Shown here: positions 12,880 through 24,919 of the stretch, in pieces
Layout of the letters: every line of letters begins with the position of its first letter
Numbering within the stretch: position 1 is the stretch's first letter
NCBI GenBank assembly: GCA_030390025.1
Contig: CM059447.1
Coordinates: 19,096,001 to 19,160,000, forward strand
Source: Squalus acanthias
Taxonomy: Eukaryota
Length of the DNA: 64,000 nucleotides
Direction: 5' to 3'
Notes under the pieces: model-generated
What the model saw: only the letters and a program-made list of their open reading frames with translations
Told to the model about the DNA's origin: nothing
Databases searched by the model: none
Position numbers and translations under genes: made by a program

Positions 12880-13800
12880 TTTAAGGAGAATGCACGGCAC
12901 CAGATATTATCATCCCCGTAGAATATACAGACAGCATAGGTCATAAGAAGACCTTTCTGAGGAATTGTGCACGAGAGTGTACTTCATCAAAAAGACAACA
13001 AGGGAGCTCTGCATGGCGACCTTCAGCCACGCTCATCTTCTCGCACTGACCACCACCCTCAATGTTTATTGCACAGGCTCATTTCAGGCAGACACAGGAG
13101 GACACTGTAATATCAGCCAGACTGCAGCATGGCCACGTATTCGTCAGGTGACTGATGCACTCTACAGGAGAACTGTAAAATTCATCACCTTTGGTATTAC
13201 AGCAAGACAGCAGCCAGATAGAGCCATTCACTTTTACGGGGTGGCCCAAGGACTTCCTCTAAACTACCCCAGCAGGAAGGTCTTCCACTCCCTCAATTTA
13301 CAGACTGCACGTGACAACAAGCAGGGGATCCTCCATGTCAATGCTCAATATGCTGGAAGTTGTCATAATATCTTTGACCTTTGAAATTCGTCGCTCCCTT
13401 CCCCTTTAAGGAAGAAAATCAGGTCAATTGGATGGGCTCTAGGTGAAAAAGTCTAGCCTCTGCTCACATGGATAATAACCCCAGTAAGAGTGTCCCTAAC
13501 AGTAGCAGAAAAGCGCTACAATGAGGCAAATGCCTCTATAAGATTGGTCATTTTAAAGGCACATTTTCACTTCCTGGACAGGTTAGGAGGGGTTCTTCAG
13601 TATGCTTCAGGTCATATGTCACCAATAGTTATGACCTGTTGTGCCATGCCCAATTTCACCATTCAGAATGGCTGGACTTTTGACATTGCTGGCAAGTAGG
13701 CCCCGGCTCCACTGGAGTCAGAACAATATGGAGGGGAACACCGCGATGACGAGAACTCCTCAGTGACTGCTGCAAGGCGCATGAGAAGCACATCTCATCA
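12880..13800 (+). pseudogene. Decayed Harbinger (HARBI1-like DDE) transposase
   Basis: TGSFQADTGGHCNISQ, RKVFHSLNLQ, YAGSCH, W.LG....L.W..TP, AEKRYNEA, LQY...CC..N motifs; stops, frameshifts, and loss of the first catalytic Asp segment. Confidence 0.9.
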
Positions 13801-14893
13801 CTCAAGTCTTCTCCTCTGTGTAACACAGTCTACCTTTGACACCACCACTTTATCTTCGTCTCCCCTACTTTCCAATATAGGGACATTCCCTCAATCCACT
13901 ACCCATCCTACAACACATCAGCCCTCTTTGCCCCTATAGAAGCGTGCCAATAATCATCATTTGAGTGAATAAGTCTGCACCAAATAAGTTCTTGTAGGAC
14001 TCCAACCTCCATGAATAACAAAGCATGATACCAGTGCACATTTAATACAACTGCAAAGTGTACACAAGTCAACCTATTCTTTCCTAACACCTTGCTACCT
14101 CTGGATGTCAACACAGTCATTTCTTTCACCTATTCTAGTGCTCAGGTACAACCTGAGAGCTAGGAGGTGATTAGCTATTCACACTCTACAAGAGTTTGCC
14201 CCCCCCCCCACCCCGCCTCCCCTCGTGGTAACTTGCTCCTGGCAGGGAGCTACTGTTGGCTGCACCTTTGGAGCTTGTTCCTGGGCAGCTGTTGTCACCT
14301 TCCACGTTCCACTGGCATGGTGCTCTGAGGGGGAAGGCCTGAGGCCTGGAATGTGCTGTCTTGAGAGACAGCAGTATCAGGCAGGTGGACTCCAGCCATT
14401 GCCATTCCACTGGGGCATGAATCTGTGGCACCAATGATCAATGGGATGGCTGATCTAATGGCAGGTCCTGAAAGCGCCGAGACACAGCAGCATTGCATCA
14501 CAGTCGCCATCGTCTGGAAGCCGCTATGCAGGCTGCTCTCTATTCTCTCCCCTACTGCCACCAGAGCTGCAGTCTGTGCTGCTTGGTCCCTGGCTGCTTC
14601 TTAGCTGGGGATCTGCTGCACATTACAGTGAAGCTGCGAATCGCTCCACTGGTTCCTGTAATGAAGACAAAGCTTTCAAGATGTTCCTGCAGATAAGAGC
14701 CGCACCTATCAGTCACTGCACACGCTCGGAAATTGACCTCAAAGCTTACAAATGGGTATGATGTTCCTCGAACATCCTTTTTCCATGAGTTCTGGGTCCC
14801 AAAGCCTCTAGTAAGGTGACACATCCTCACCCATTTCCCTGGCTTCCTTGTGCTCTGTGAATCACAGAGTGCCACATGTTCACTAACACTATA

Positions 14894-15407
14894 GGGCCAA
14901 TTTTAACTCAGGGTGGAAATCGGGGGCCGAAGTGGGCAGCGAACCGTCAACACCTCCACCCCCCCAAAGCATGAGGCCTAGGAGATTTTAAACTCAGTTA
15001 CACACTGCGATTGACTCTATCCGAAGCCAGCGGGAATTAAGTCACCGCTGGCATGTGCGAGTCAAAATTGTTCTTTGGGGAGGGGGTGGGGGGTGGCATG
15101 TCCAAGGTTGGCGAAGCGGGGGGCCCCCAAGGTATCCTTGTACTCTTGCTGGCTCACAAGGAACCGTTAAAACTGAAGGCCAGAATCACCTGCTTCGGGA
15201 GACTGTGCGTGGTTAGAAAGACTTGCACGCCCCGATGATGTCATCAGGATGTGATGCTGCCATTAAAATAAGGTCCCTGCTCCTCTGGGGCGGGCAGCCT
15301 TCCCATGCCTGGATTCAGACAAGAAATGGGGGGCGGGAACTTGTTGGGAGTGCGGCATAAATCCCTACCTTGTCACCTTACCGGGCGGGGGAGGTTTAAA
15401 TCAGCTC
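14894..15407. mobile_element. GGG-terminated MITE nested in the Harbinger element
   Basis: Starts gggccaattttaac, ends gtttaaatcagctc; 5' part similar to 16455-17075. Confidence 0.6.
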
Positions 15408-15802
15408 GTATCTAATTGTTCTCTAGGTAAAAGTATCCGAGCTGCTGTCTGAGAGCGAGTATTGGCAAGCGGTGACATTGCAAGGTTTGGGGCAGAGAAA
15501 CATAGGGCAGGATCAGGCTCCAGGGACTCCTGTGTGGCCTGGTCCTCATCATCCCCGTCATTGTTATAGTCGACGAGGAAGCAATTTTATTTCCTGTTGC
15601 TATTTATCAACATCTACCTCCCCCTCATGATCCTCTGTCCCCTTGTGGCTGTGATGGATCTGCAGGAAAGGAGAGTAGAAGCTAAGAATGAGTGAACATT
15701 ACCCCCTTGGGATTAAGGAGACACAGAAGAGGGCGGAAGGTTGTGTCTATGTGCTGCTTCACAGGGATGCGAGGGCGATAATGTAGGTGTTCAGTCACTA
15801 AC

Positions 15803-16440
15803 CTGGTGCCGGCAATATGCCGCCAACTTCGTCATCTCTCATGGCAAGAGCAGAGTACCTCCCCATGAGCTTCATTGCCTTCTCCTCATAGGGCGTGAGG
15901 GATTTGAAGGTGGGCATGCCCCCTTTGGTGGCTTGCTTCTGGTGGGTATAGTGCGTCATCTTCTCCTGAAAGAAGATAGAGCAAGTGAGGGGAAGGATAG
16001 CAGTTGAGAAGTGTGTGCCAAGTGGCATGGGAGAGCTGAAGTAAGACATGTGGAGGTATCGGCCTGTTAAAGTGGAGGAAGGTGTTTTAGGGTTGTGCAT
16101 GTAATTGCTATTAGGAGGGCTGCTTAAAAGAGTGAAGAGTGTGCTGGTGCCCAAGGAAAGTGTCCAGTATGTTACCTTGCCTGCCTTGGTGAGATCGTTG
16201 AACCTTTTTGGCACCGTTGTGCAGTCCTGGGGGTGAGGGAGTTGGCATTCAGTGCCAGTGCAATGTCATTCTGGGTGGCATGAGTGATATTCCTAGCTGG
16301 CTTGCTGGCATGCACACCCAGGAGTTTGTGCCTCCTAACTTCAATTTCCTTCAGGAGGGCTTGGAGGTCTGAGTCGGTAAAGGTCTCCTCTGACTTGGCA
16401 TGCCCTGCTGCCTTGGCTGGCTGCTTGGTGCAGATGTCCC
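15803..16440 (-). pseudogene. Decayed Harbinger Myb/SANT-like DNA-binding gene (spliced)
   Basis: FTDSDLQALLKEIEVRRHKLLG...IALALNA...PRTAQRC(Q)KRFNDL with a frameshift; donor at 16175; second exon 15803-15965 (EK.....Q.ATKGGMP....LTPYEEKAM); further acceptor at 15660; convergent with the transposase. Confidence 0.85.
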
Positions 16441-16454
16441 TGCTGTAGACATAA

Positions 16455-17075
16455 GGGTCAGTTTTAATTTGGGGTGGGAATTGGGGGTGCAGGGGCCAAA
16501 GTGGGTGGTGATTCATCCATGCCCCCCAGAATGCGAGGCCCGGGAGATTTTAACTCCCGGGCCTCATTTGCATGCCCCGACACTGACCCCCACTTGAGGT
16601 CATCGGGAGGAGTGGAAAGTTGCGGGGGTTGGGGGTGTTAGGCCCCCTCCAGAGACCCACGGAAACGGTCCCCAGGAAGGAGGAAAGGGAGGGGGAAATC
16701 AGCAAAAATCGCAATTGGGGGGAGCCTGGAGCAGTGAAAGCCTAAGGTATCCTTGTGGGGACAGGAGGAGCACTCTTGCTCCTCCTGGACCACAGGAGCA
16801 GTTAAAAAGTTTAAAAAAAATTAAACTTACCTGGGCCTCGTGTGGTTACTATGCTGCCTGCCGCCACCTTTCACGCAGGTTCGAGATTTTGCGGACGTTT
16901 TATTGGCACTCCAGTTTCAATGCATTTCAGTTAATTACATCGGTCTTGCAGTCCAATGGATATGCAAATAAGCTGACCCAAGAAACTCATGTAACTACCC
17001 CTCCAGACCACTGGCAGCGCAAATCTTTTTTGAATGGCGTAACTATGATGCCATTCACAGAGTAGAACTCAGCCC
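16455..17075. mobile_element. GGG-terminated MITE or Harbinger terminal segment
   Basis: Starts gggtcagttttaa, ends agaactcagccc; 5' part similar to 14894-15407. Confidence 0.5.
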
Positions 17076-17090
17076 TCGTATATTTGAATT

Positions 17091-17544
17091 GGGGCCAAAA
17101 TTCCTCAGTGATTCCTCCAATAACCCATATACATTGGCAGGAGACCGAGGGGGTGGGGGGGCTGCAGGCCTACCCCCCAAAAATGGTCAAGACCCGGTTG
17201 AGCAGGTCATTTCCAGGAGTTTCTGAGCTACTTTATAAGAGGCAGAACCTCCGCCTATCCCTTTCAAGGTTAACGTCATTGCGGGAGCTCCTCATAGCCT
17301 AGCTCAGTCAAGACCCTGTGTATCTGTGGAGGCCATTAGTTGAGTGAGTTGAGACATACTAGACTCGGGATGGACAAATGTGGGCTCCACCTGTAGGGTC
17401 CAGGTGAGGGAAGTGGCCTGGACCCCTGAGGAAAAGGTGTTCCTTTATCGTAAAAGTTTTCAGATTGACTCCCTTACACAGTCAGGATGTGCCTGTACTG
17501 GATATTGCCCTTGTAAATTAGGTGCCCTCCGGATTTTCGGGGCC
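17091..17544. mobile_element. PIF/Harbinger-type MITE
   Basis: Imperfect TIR ggggccaaaattcc / ggattttcggggcc; ATT on both flanks. Confidence 0.65.
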
Positions 17545-17573
17545 ATTGAATATAGTTATTTTGGAATAAAATG

Positions 17574-18023
17574 TGTCAACCTTGGCTCTGTTAAAGCGCT
17601 CTCTCTTCGGAGTAAAAAGTTTGTATGTTCAAGCCCTACTCCAGAACTTGGACACACAGCGCAGGTGTAATGAGGGAGTGCTGCACTACTGGAGGTGCCA
17701 TCTTTCAGATGAGACTATTAAACACCCGTTTTACAACCATCTGCTCTCTCAGGTGAACATAAAAGATCTCATGGCACTATTCGAAGAAGAGCAGGGGAGT
17801 TTCTCCCTGGTGTTCAGGCCAATATTTATCCCTCAACCAGCATCACAAACAGATTATTTGGTAATTTATCTCATTGCTGTTTGTTCACTGTGTGTAAACT
17901 GGCTGCACCTTTTCCCTACAGTACAAAGGTGACTACACTTCAAAAGCATTTCATTGGCTGAGAGTGCTTTAGGACGTCTGCGGTCATGTAAGGCGCTATA
18001 TAAATGTAAACTCTTTCTATTTC
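17574..18023 (+). mobile_element. DeuSINE (SacSINE1-like), diverged copy
   Basis: Collinear with 47505-47975, including the aaagatc(c)catggcactatt core and gcgctatataaat tail. Confidence 0.8.
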
Positions 18024-18169
18024 TTAACAAATAACTGCATCAGTGATTATGAGCACAGTTTGAAGTTAGTTATGATTATATTTATCTTTTGATAGATCAC
18101 ACAATCCTTCTCCAAAGCATCACCTTCATTGTCCAGATCCGTGAGATAGACCTTGTTTGCTTCCACTAT

Positions 18170-18930
18170 TACCAATCTGATCATATTCAGGGCATCTCTA
18201 GCAATAGCTACTCTTTTAATCCCCTCAAGGTCACTTCCAGAGACCCTCAAGAATCCATCCTTGGCAATTCTTCCTCATGTAAATGCTGCCCTTAGGTGAC
18301 ATAATCCAAAGCCAGGGGTCAGTTCCCACATGTACGCTGATGACGCTGCACTCTATCGTGCCACAACACTATTGACCTTTCCACTGTCACTTGCTGTTAG
18401 ACTGCTTGCTCAACATCCAGTCTTGGATGAGCCATAGCTTCCTCCAGCTAAACATTGGAAAGACCAAAGCCATCGCCATTGGCGTCCTCCACAAACTCCA
18501 TACCCTCGCCACCGACTCCAACCCCTCCTTGGATGCTGTTTCAGGCTGAACCAGATTGTTCACGACCTTGGCATCCTGTTTGACCATGAGCTGAGCTTCC
18601 AACCTCATATCCTTGCCATCACAAAGACCAACTACTTTCACCTCCATAACATGATCCCACCTCCACCTCTGCCTTCTGCCACTGAAACCTTCATGCATGC
18701 CTTTTGTCACCTCCAAACTCAATTACTTCAATATTCTCCTGGGCAGCCTCCGATGTACCGCCCTCCAAAACTCTATTGCCCATATCCTCATGCCAAGTCA
18801 TGCTCGCCCACGGCACCCATCTTTGTTGACCTACATTGGCTCCCGGTCTGGTCTCCTAAAGTCTCAAGGTGGAACCAGAACCATAATACTCGTGCTTGTG
18901 TTTAAGTGGCCCCGCCCCTCCTCATCTCTA
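18170..18930 (+). mobile_element. Degenerate L2-like LINE reverse transcriptase fragment
   Basis: YADD motif (tacgctgatgac ~18333), WM....LQLN..KT and LHWLPV motifs across frameshifts. Confidence 0.75.
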
Positions 18931-20428
18931 TAATGAAATAAGTATCAGCAATAAAAAAGATATTTTACAACAATAACTGTGCAGTGCTATAGTGAAAGTT
19001 TCTGGCGATCACAGTTGCCAAAGTTACTCAGGCTAGAAACATAAATGATAAGTTAAATTAACAGGACTTTATATAAAAAAACCTCAGCAATTGATTGCCG
19101 TGCACAACACGTCACTACATTAAAGGACTGATTTCAATTAGACTGCATTCAACAGTACTGTGCAATTCCCTGAAGTAACTGAAAATGTGAAGTTATACTA
19201 AATAATATATACCTAATCAAACTGAAAGGAAGTAATCGGAAATCCTTACAGAAAAGGTAATAACTGGAATGATTTACAACCTCCTGGACACCAAATTGTT
19301 TCAATTATGAAGGAAAAACTAAAATCAACGCCCAAAGCAGACTAAGACCATAGATGAACAAACTTGCAACGCCTTCACCAGCTCACAAACTCTGCTTCAG
19401 GTTGATTGCTTGTTGGTACAATGATCATTTCAGAAAGAACTATAATGCTTCAACAATTCAGAAACTGTAATTTATTCCTTGTGTACTGTGGAAACTTTTG
19501 ATTTTCAAACTGATTTGTTTCCCAACACAATCCGCTATTTATTGTTATATTGGGATGAAATAAATTAAAAACAGCGAATTTTCGGTTGTGTAAAATGTTC
19601 TAGCTATGATATGGAGAAGACGAAGAAATTCCGTCAGGTTGTTTGACTCACTGCTTCAAGTCTTCTTCAGTTTTCAGTAAATCCAATAAAAAGTCACTGA
19701 TTACTAAAGGCAGTGAATCAAAATGTCCTTGAAGAACTCCCAACCACATAGAGCACACCAGAGGGCAGCTGGCACCCATGGAACTGTACCCCGGCATGAA
19801 TCATCTCTTCAGGACAGGAAAAAAGATTGGACCACAGCCCAGTAAGTAACATTACAGGATCACCACAATATTGTACTTAATGATAACATATTACAGGCAA
19901 AAGATTATTTAATATAGATATATGGGTAAACGGTTACAATTAAATGAAAATATTTTTAGTAGTTCTATAAAATTCTCCTATTTGTAGATGATTCCAGTTT
20001 CAAAAATGTCTCTGATGACTGTATTAATTAAAAGCCAGTCCTCTCTAATGGCAGGTTGTGTGACCGTCTGAGATATCTATTTAGTGAGGTTATTCAGCTT
20101 TCAGGCGTGTAAAAGTATTGGGAATAAAGCTCATTCTTTCCTTGCTGTCCCGTCTTACCATGTGTAAGAATGCAGGACTAGAGGGGTTACTTACAGAAGT
20201 GGTCAATCTTTGAACAATACTATTATGACTTTCCTTGTACTTTCATGAGTAAATCTTCAATGTCACAGAAGACAGACCAGCTGGTACTAGCTTTGCTATC
20301 TGGAGTAGCTATATCTGCACAGTTCAATAAAGCTTAGGATGTTATCTACACTGCTCACTGTGAAATGATTAATCACCATGACAATATCAAATAAGCCAAC
20401 ACCGAAGAAAATTTGTTCATTGACTCAC

Positions 20429-20573
20429 GTGTGATGCCAGAGTTTGAAGAGATGAGCTCTGACAAATGAAAGTGGACAAGGGTGTTGGTTGACAATCTCC
20501 AAGTACTCGTCTGTTATCTCCCACACAAGAGGCTTGCGGCCTTCAAAAAGAGCTGGGTTGTGTAGATTACCCT
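20429..20573 (-). CDS. DUS1L: DUS1L exon 8
   Basis: [48 protein letters not shown]; AG/GT; 145 nt, phase 1-2; translated by hand. Confidence 0.96.
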
Positions 20574-21905
20574 CTGTCAGCAAAAGGTAGAAAAATTGGA
20601 GTTTTTTTAATTACATTTGTTAATTTATAGTCTTTTACAGACATACATTTTTCTGTCAATTTTCTCCCCTTCCCATCCATCTCTCCTGAAGCCGCTGAGT
20701 TTTTGTCGAGGTGCAGTTGAGATGGTTGTTATTTATGTGTGAGCCTTGACAATGAACTACTAGACTATGGTGGGTGGGAACCACACCAGAGCTTTATCCT
20801 GACATCAACATCAGAAACAGAAACTTTCCTCAGTCATATTTTTTTTTGAGCCCAATTTTGCCTCCATAATCAATCGGAGGCGCCAACTGGACAGCCACCA
20901 ATCACTGCTCCCGCTGAATTCAGTAAGTCAACTGTGAGTGGAGATCAATCCTAGGATCTTCCTGGTCTGTACAGCTCAGCTACCCAATGGATAAACTTGC
21001 TGAGTCATAGAGAACCTTAGTCCAGCTTTTAACTCATTCTTCAGAACCATGTCAAATTAATTAGAGGATGCAACATCTTAAAATACTAGTATAAATCCTG
21101 GTAAAACTTGATACTTTTACAGCCAGTGTGTGCATTGTACTTTACACAGAACCTTATGTCACATAAAAAAGTGTTTTGTTTAACAGTAAGAATTCTGTGC
21201 AGGCACATTTAACAGCTACAAAGCACAAACTGTCTATAATTATTCCGCTCAGAATGCTTTTCGAAAGCGAAACATGGTATCCCTCACAATGAAAAAAAAA
21301 TAGGGATTTGTTGCAGCCTGGACATCAGTACAACACATGATTAAGAACATAAAGAGGCATTTATGGCTTCAATTTGTTCTTAAGACTTGCAATGGTCTCT
21401 GGCTCAACCACTCACTGAAGTAAAGCATCGCATGCTCCAACAGCCCTCTGACTAAATGTCTCCGAATCTCTCTCTCACGCTCAGTGACAATTTAAAATTG
21501 ATGACTCATTGTCACTGATTTCCCAACCAGAGGGAATATTCTTTCCCTATTCACTATCAAAAACTGGAATAATTTAAAAGACATCCAATAGAAATAGTTC
21601 CAGTATCTCAAGTCTCTCCTGATAACTATAGTACAGGCCCCAGTGGTTGTAGTGGGTGGCCTTTTCATCCTCAGGTCATGAAAGACACAATGTAAATACA
21701 AGTTCTTTTTTACAGATAGCTCAGACTAACATACCAGAGCCATTTTAATTCTGCTGGCATGGTCTTCCCTTTATTTTCCCCATTTTCTCTTTTTTCTACT
21801 TTTACTTTACCTCTGGCTGGTATACTATATTCTAACGGTTATGTAAAAAATAACACACTTTAGCAATCTTCTCCCCCCCGCCCCCCACCCGAGTCTTCAG
21901 ATTTT

Positions 21906-22670
21906 CATAAAATCATACAATGGTTACAGTACAGGAGGAGGCCATTCGGCCCATCGAGCCCGTGCCGGCTCTCTGTAAGAGCACTTCAACTAGTCCCACT
22001 CCCCGTAGTCCTGCAAATTTTTTTCATTCAGGTACTTATCCAATTCCCTTTTGAAAGCCACGATTGAGTCTGCCTCCACTGCCCTTTCAGGCAGTGCATT
22101 CCTGATCCTAACCACTCGCTGCGTAAAAAAGTTTTTCCTCATGTCTCCTTTGGTTCTTTTGCCAATCACCTTAAATCTGTGTCCTCTGGTTCCCGAACCT
22201 TCCGCCAGTTTCTCTCTATCTACTCTGTCCAGACCCCTCATGATTCTATCAAATCTCCTTTCAACCTCCTCTGCTCTAAGGAGAACAACCCCAGCTTCTC
22301 TAGTCTATCCACGTAACCGAAGTCCCTCATCTCTGGAATCATTCTCGTAAATCTTTTCTGCACCCTCTCTAAGGCCTTCACATCCTTCCTAAAGTGCGGT
22401 GCCCAGAATTGGACACAATACTCTAGTTGAGGCCAAACCAGTCTTTTATAAAGGTTCATCATAACTTCCTTGCTTTTGTACTCTATGCCTCTATTTATGA
22501 AGCCCAGTATCCCATATGCTTTTTTAACCGCTTTTTCAACCCGCCCTACCACCTTCAACGATTTGTGCACATATACCCCCAGGTCTCTCTGTTCATGCAT
22601 GCCCTTTAAGATTGTACCCTTTAGTTTATATTGCCGCTCCTCGTTCTTCCTGTATCACTTCGCACTTTTC
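21906..22670 (-). mobile_element. CR1 LINE 3' fragment
   Basis: ORFs 22238-22600 and 21990-22241 encode the CR1 ORF2 C-terminus (LEYCVQFWAP, FFTQRVV). Confidence 0.9.
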
Positions 22671-24157
22671 ACCATGTATTCTAAAAATGGAACTCATACT
22701 GTACAAAACAGACCTCTAAATGGCCAAATCTATCTCCAAAGGTCAGTTTTACACTCATTTGAGGCTTAGAACTGCAATGGCGACCCGATTCTAAAGCATC
22801 AAACTTACAGCAGGATGAGTTACCTCATCGATAGGTCCAGTCACTACCTCTCCAAGGCTAAACTATTCCAGTCACTACTTTATGAATAAAATGGTTTATT
22901 TTTTTTCACCAACAGTAGGGAAGAAATAAAGACTCTATTCATCTTCCTCATTCATTTTTACAATGTTTTGAACGTAACACAAAATGTCCTGTCATGTTCA
23001 TTCAGTGTCAGTACAGGAGACAGATTTTGAGTGAACATTTAATACAAAAATGCCACTTTTAGCATCTCTGTTGAACTTTTGATGAGCCAAGATATTTGCT
23101 GTGCCAGCCCCAAAAGTGAAGTATAGCTAGCGTAACCTTGATAATGCCAATGTAAGTGAGATCACATCAAAGTGGTGGTCTCCTATCAATGACAGCACCA
23201 TCAGAGCAGATTAGCTTCCTATAATGTATCATAATATAATAGCAGAATTATACTATTTTCCCAGCATACGTGTAAAAAAAAAAATTCACACAAACCCACC
23301 ACAACTGTTTGTTTCATCTAGGATTTGCCTTTTACGCAAAAAATTTTTGTGCACTTCTCCTTAATTGGCATTAAATAGGTCAATGTTTTAGGTATATTGG
23401 GATATTTTGCTGCAAACACCTGTAACATGTTTACTTCTTATAATGAATTAGCAGCTAGGTTCTGTTTTTAAACTTAATTGATGGAAAACGTTCTGCCTGA
23501 AAAACCACAACTGAAGTGGATCCTAATCAGGACTTTGATTAGAAAAGGCAGGCCTTTGGCTCGTCTAGAATTTGCTTTTCTGGGTACATTAATTTTTTTA
23601 ATTTCAGACCCAGAGCAGGATAACTTTACATACCGAATAAAATTCCCTCTATTGAATCCCAAATGACCAACAATCAATCAGAACAATGAATGAAAGTACA
23701 CAGAAGAAGATGGCCAACCATGTGTGCTATTAGAATGAAGAAGCACCAAACAGTAAGAGATTTACTGCTGTTTTGGAATAAAATGTGTCCTCCTGTAAAT
23801 GGGTTTCAATAAAATTATAAATAAACTTAGTTTTTGCTCAGCGTTTGTGAAGTAGCAACTCGGATGAAGTATGTGGTACAAGTGCTGCTCCCCGTTTGGT
23901 TTTTATTTACTGGCAATAACTCGATGGGTTCTGGTTAATATAAGCTGTTGTTACAATACAAATATCTTCCCATGTTTGTTCTGGTTATGGAGTGTCCTTG
24001 TTGTGCTGAATTGCATCAAGGTGCAGTACAGGAAAAATGCAAAACATGTTGGACATTACGGCAAGAGTATGCAGAGTCAGTGCCAAAGATCCATGCTGAC
24101 ACTGGAACTGGTGACGATTCAAATCTGTATCTTTTTAAAAAGGGCGTATCAAACATT

Positions 24158-24919
24158 GGGCCAGAAATTCGGGTCTCCACGGGTGAGTACGCGCTGTGTA
24201 CTCACCCGTAGACCCAACGAAAGTGCCGGTTTCGCGCATGCACTGCGCATGCGCTGGAAACCGGTACTTCCGTTCCCTTGAAGGAAGGGGTTCGGAGGTC
24301 AAACGCGTGCACCGGAGAGACAGCGCGCACGCATCGGACTTCCGTTTTTTTTTCAGGTTTCTGTGTGAGGGTAAGTCCCCAGCAGCTGCGCGGGGAAAAA
24401 GCAGGCGCAAGGCCTGCTTTTAACAAGGTAAGTGGTGAATTAACTAAAATTAAAACATTTTTTCCCACAGGTTTATTATTTTTAAATACTTTAAAGAAAG
24501 GTAAGTTTACTTTTAGCCCCGTTAAAAACTGTAACTAATTTTTTCAAAAATTTACATTTTTGTTTAAAGTAGTTAATGTGTAATTTATAGTTATTTTAAA
24601 AATGTGATTTTTAAAAAATTTATTTGAAGTTTTAGTGAGGTTTTGGGGCTGATCTCTATTCATAGATTTGACAGGTCTTCCTGTCAAATCTATGAATGGA
24701 GATTCCCTGCTCCGATTGGTTCTCCATGGCCCACGTGATCCCAGGGGACGCTTCGAACTAACTGCGCCCCTGGGATACGCAAGCACTGCACACCGGCAGC
24801 TGGAGCAGGCCCAGGATCGGAATCCCACGCGGGCCCAGAGCACAACGGCAGGCGCGGTAGGTAAGTGCAGGTTGGGGGCTTGCACCCCGCGGGAAGCCTC
24901 CGACCCGAATTTCTGGCCC
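24158..24919 (+). mobile_element. Hairpin-chain MITE, copy 2
   Basis: Perfect 18-bp TIR gggccagaaattcgggtc / gacccgaatttctggccc; CpG-rich arms with an AT-rich centre; homologous to 5537-6272. Confidence 0.9.
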
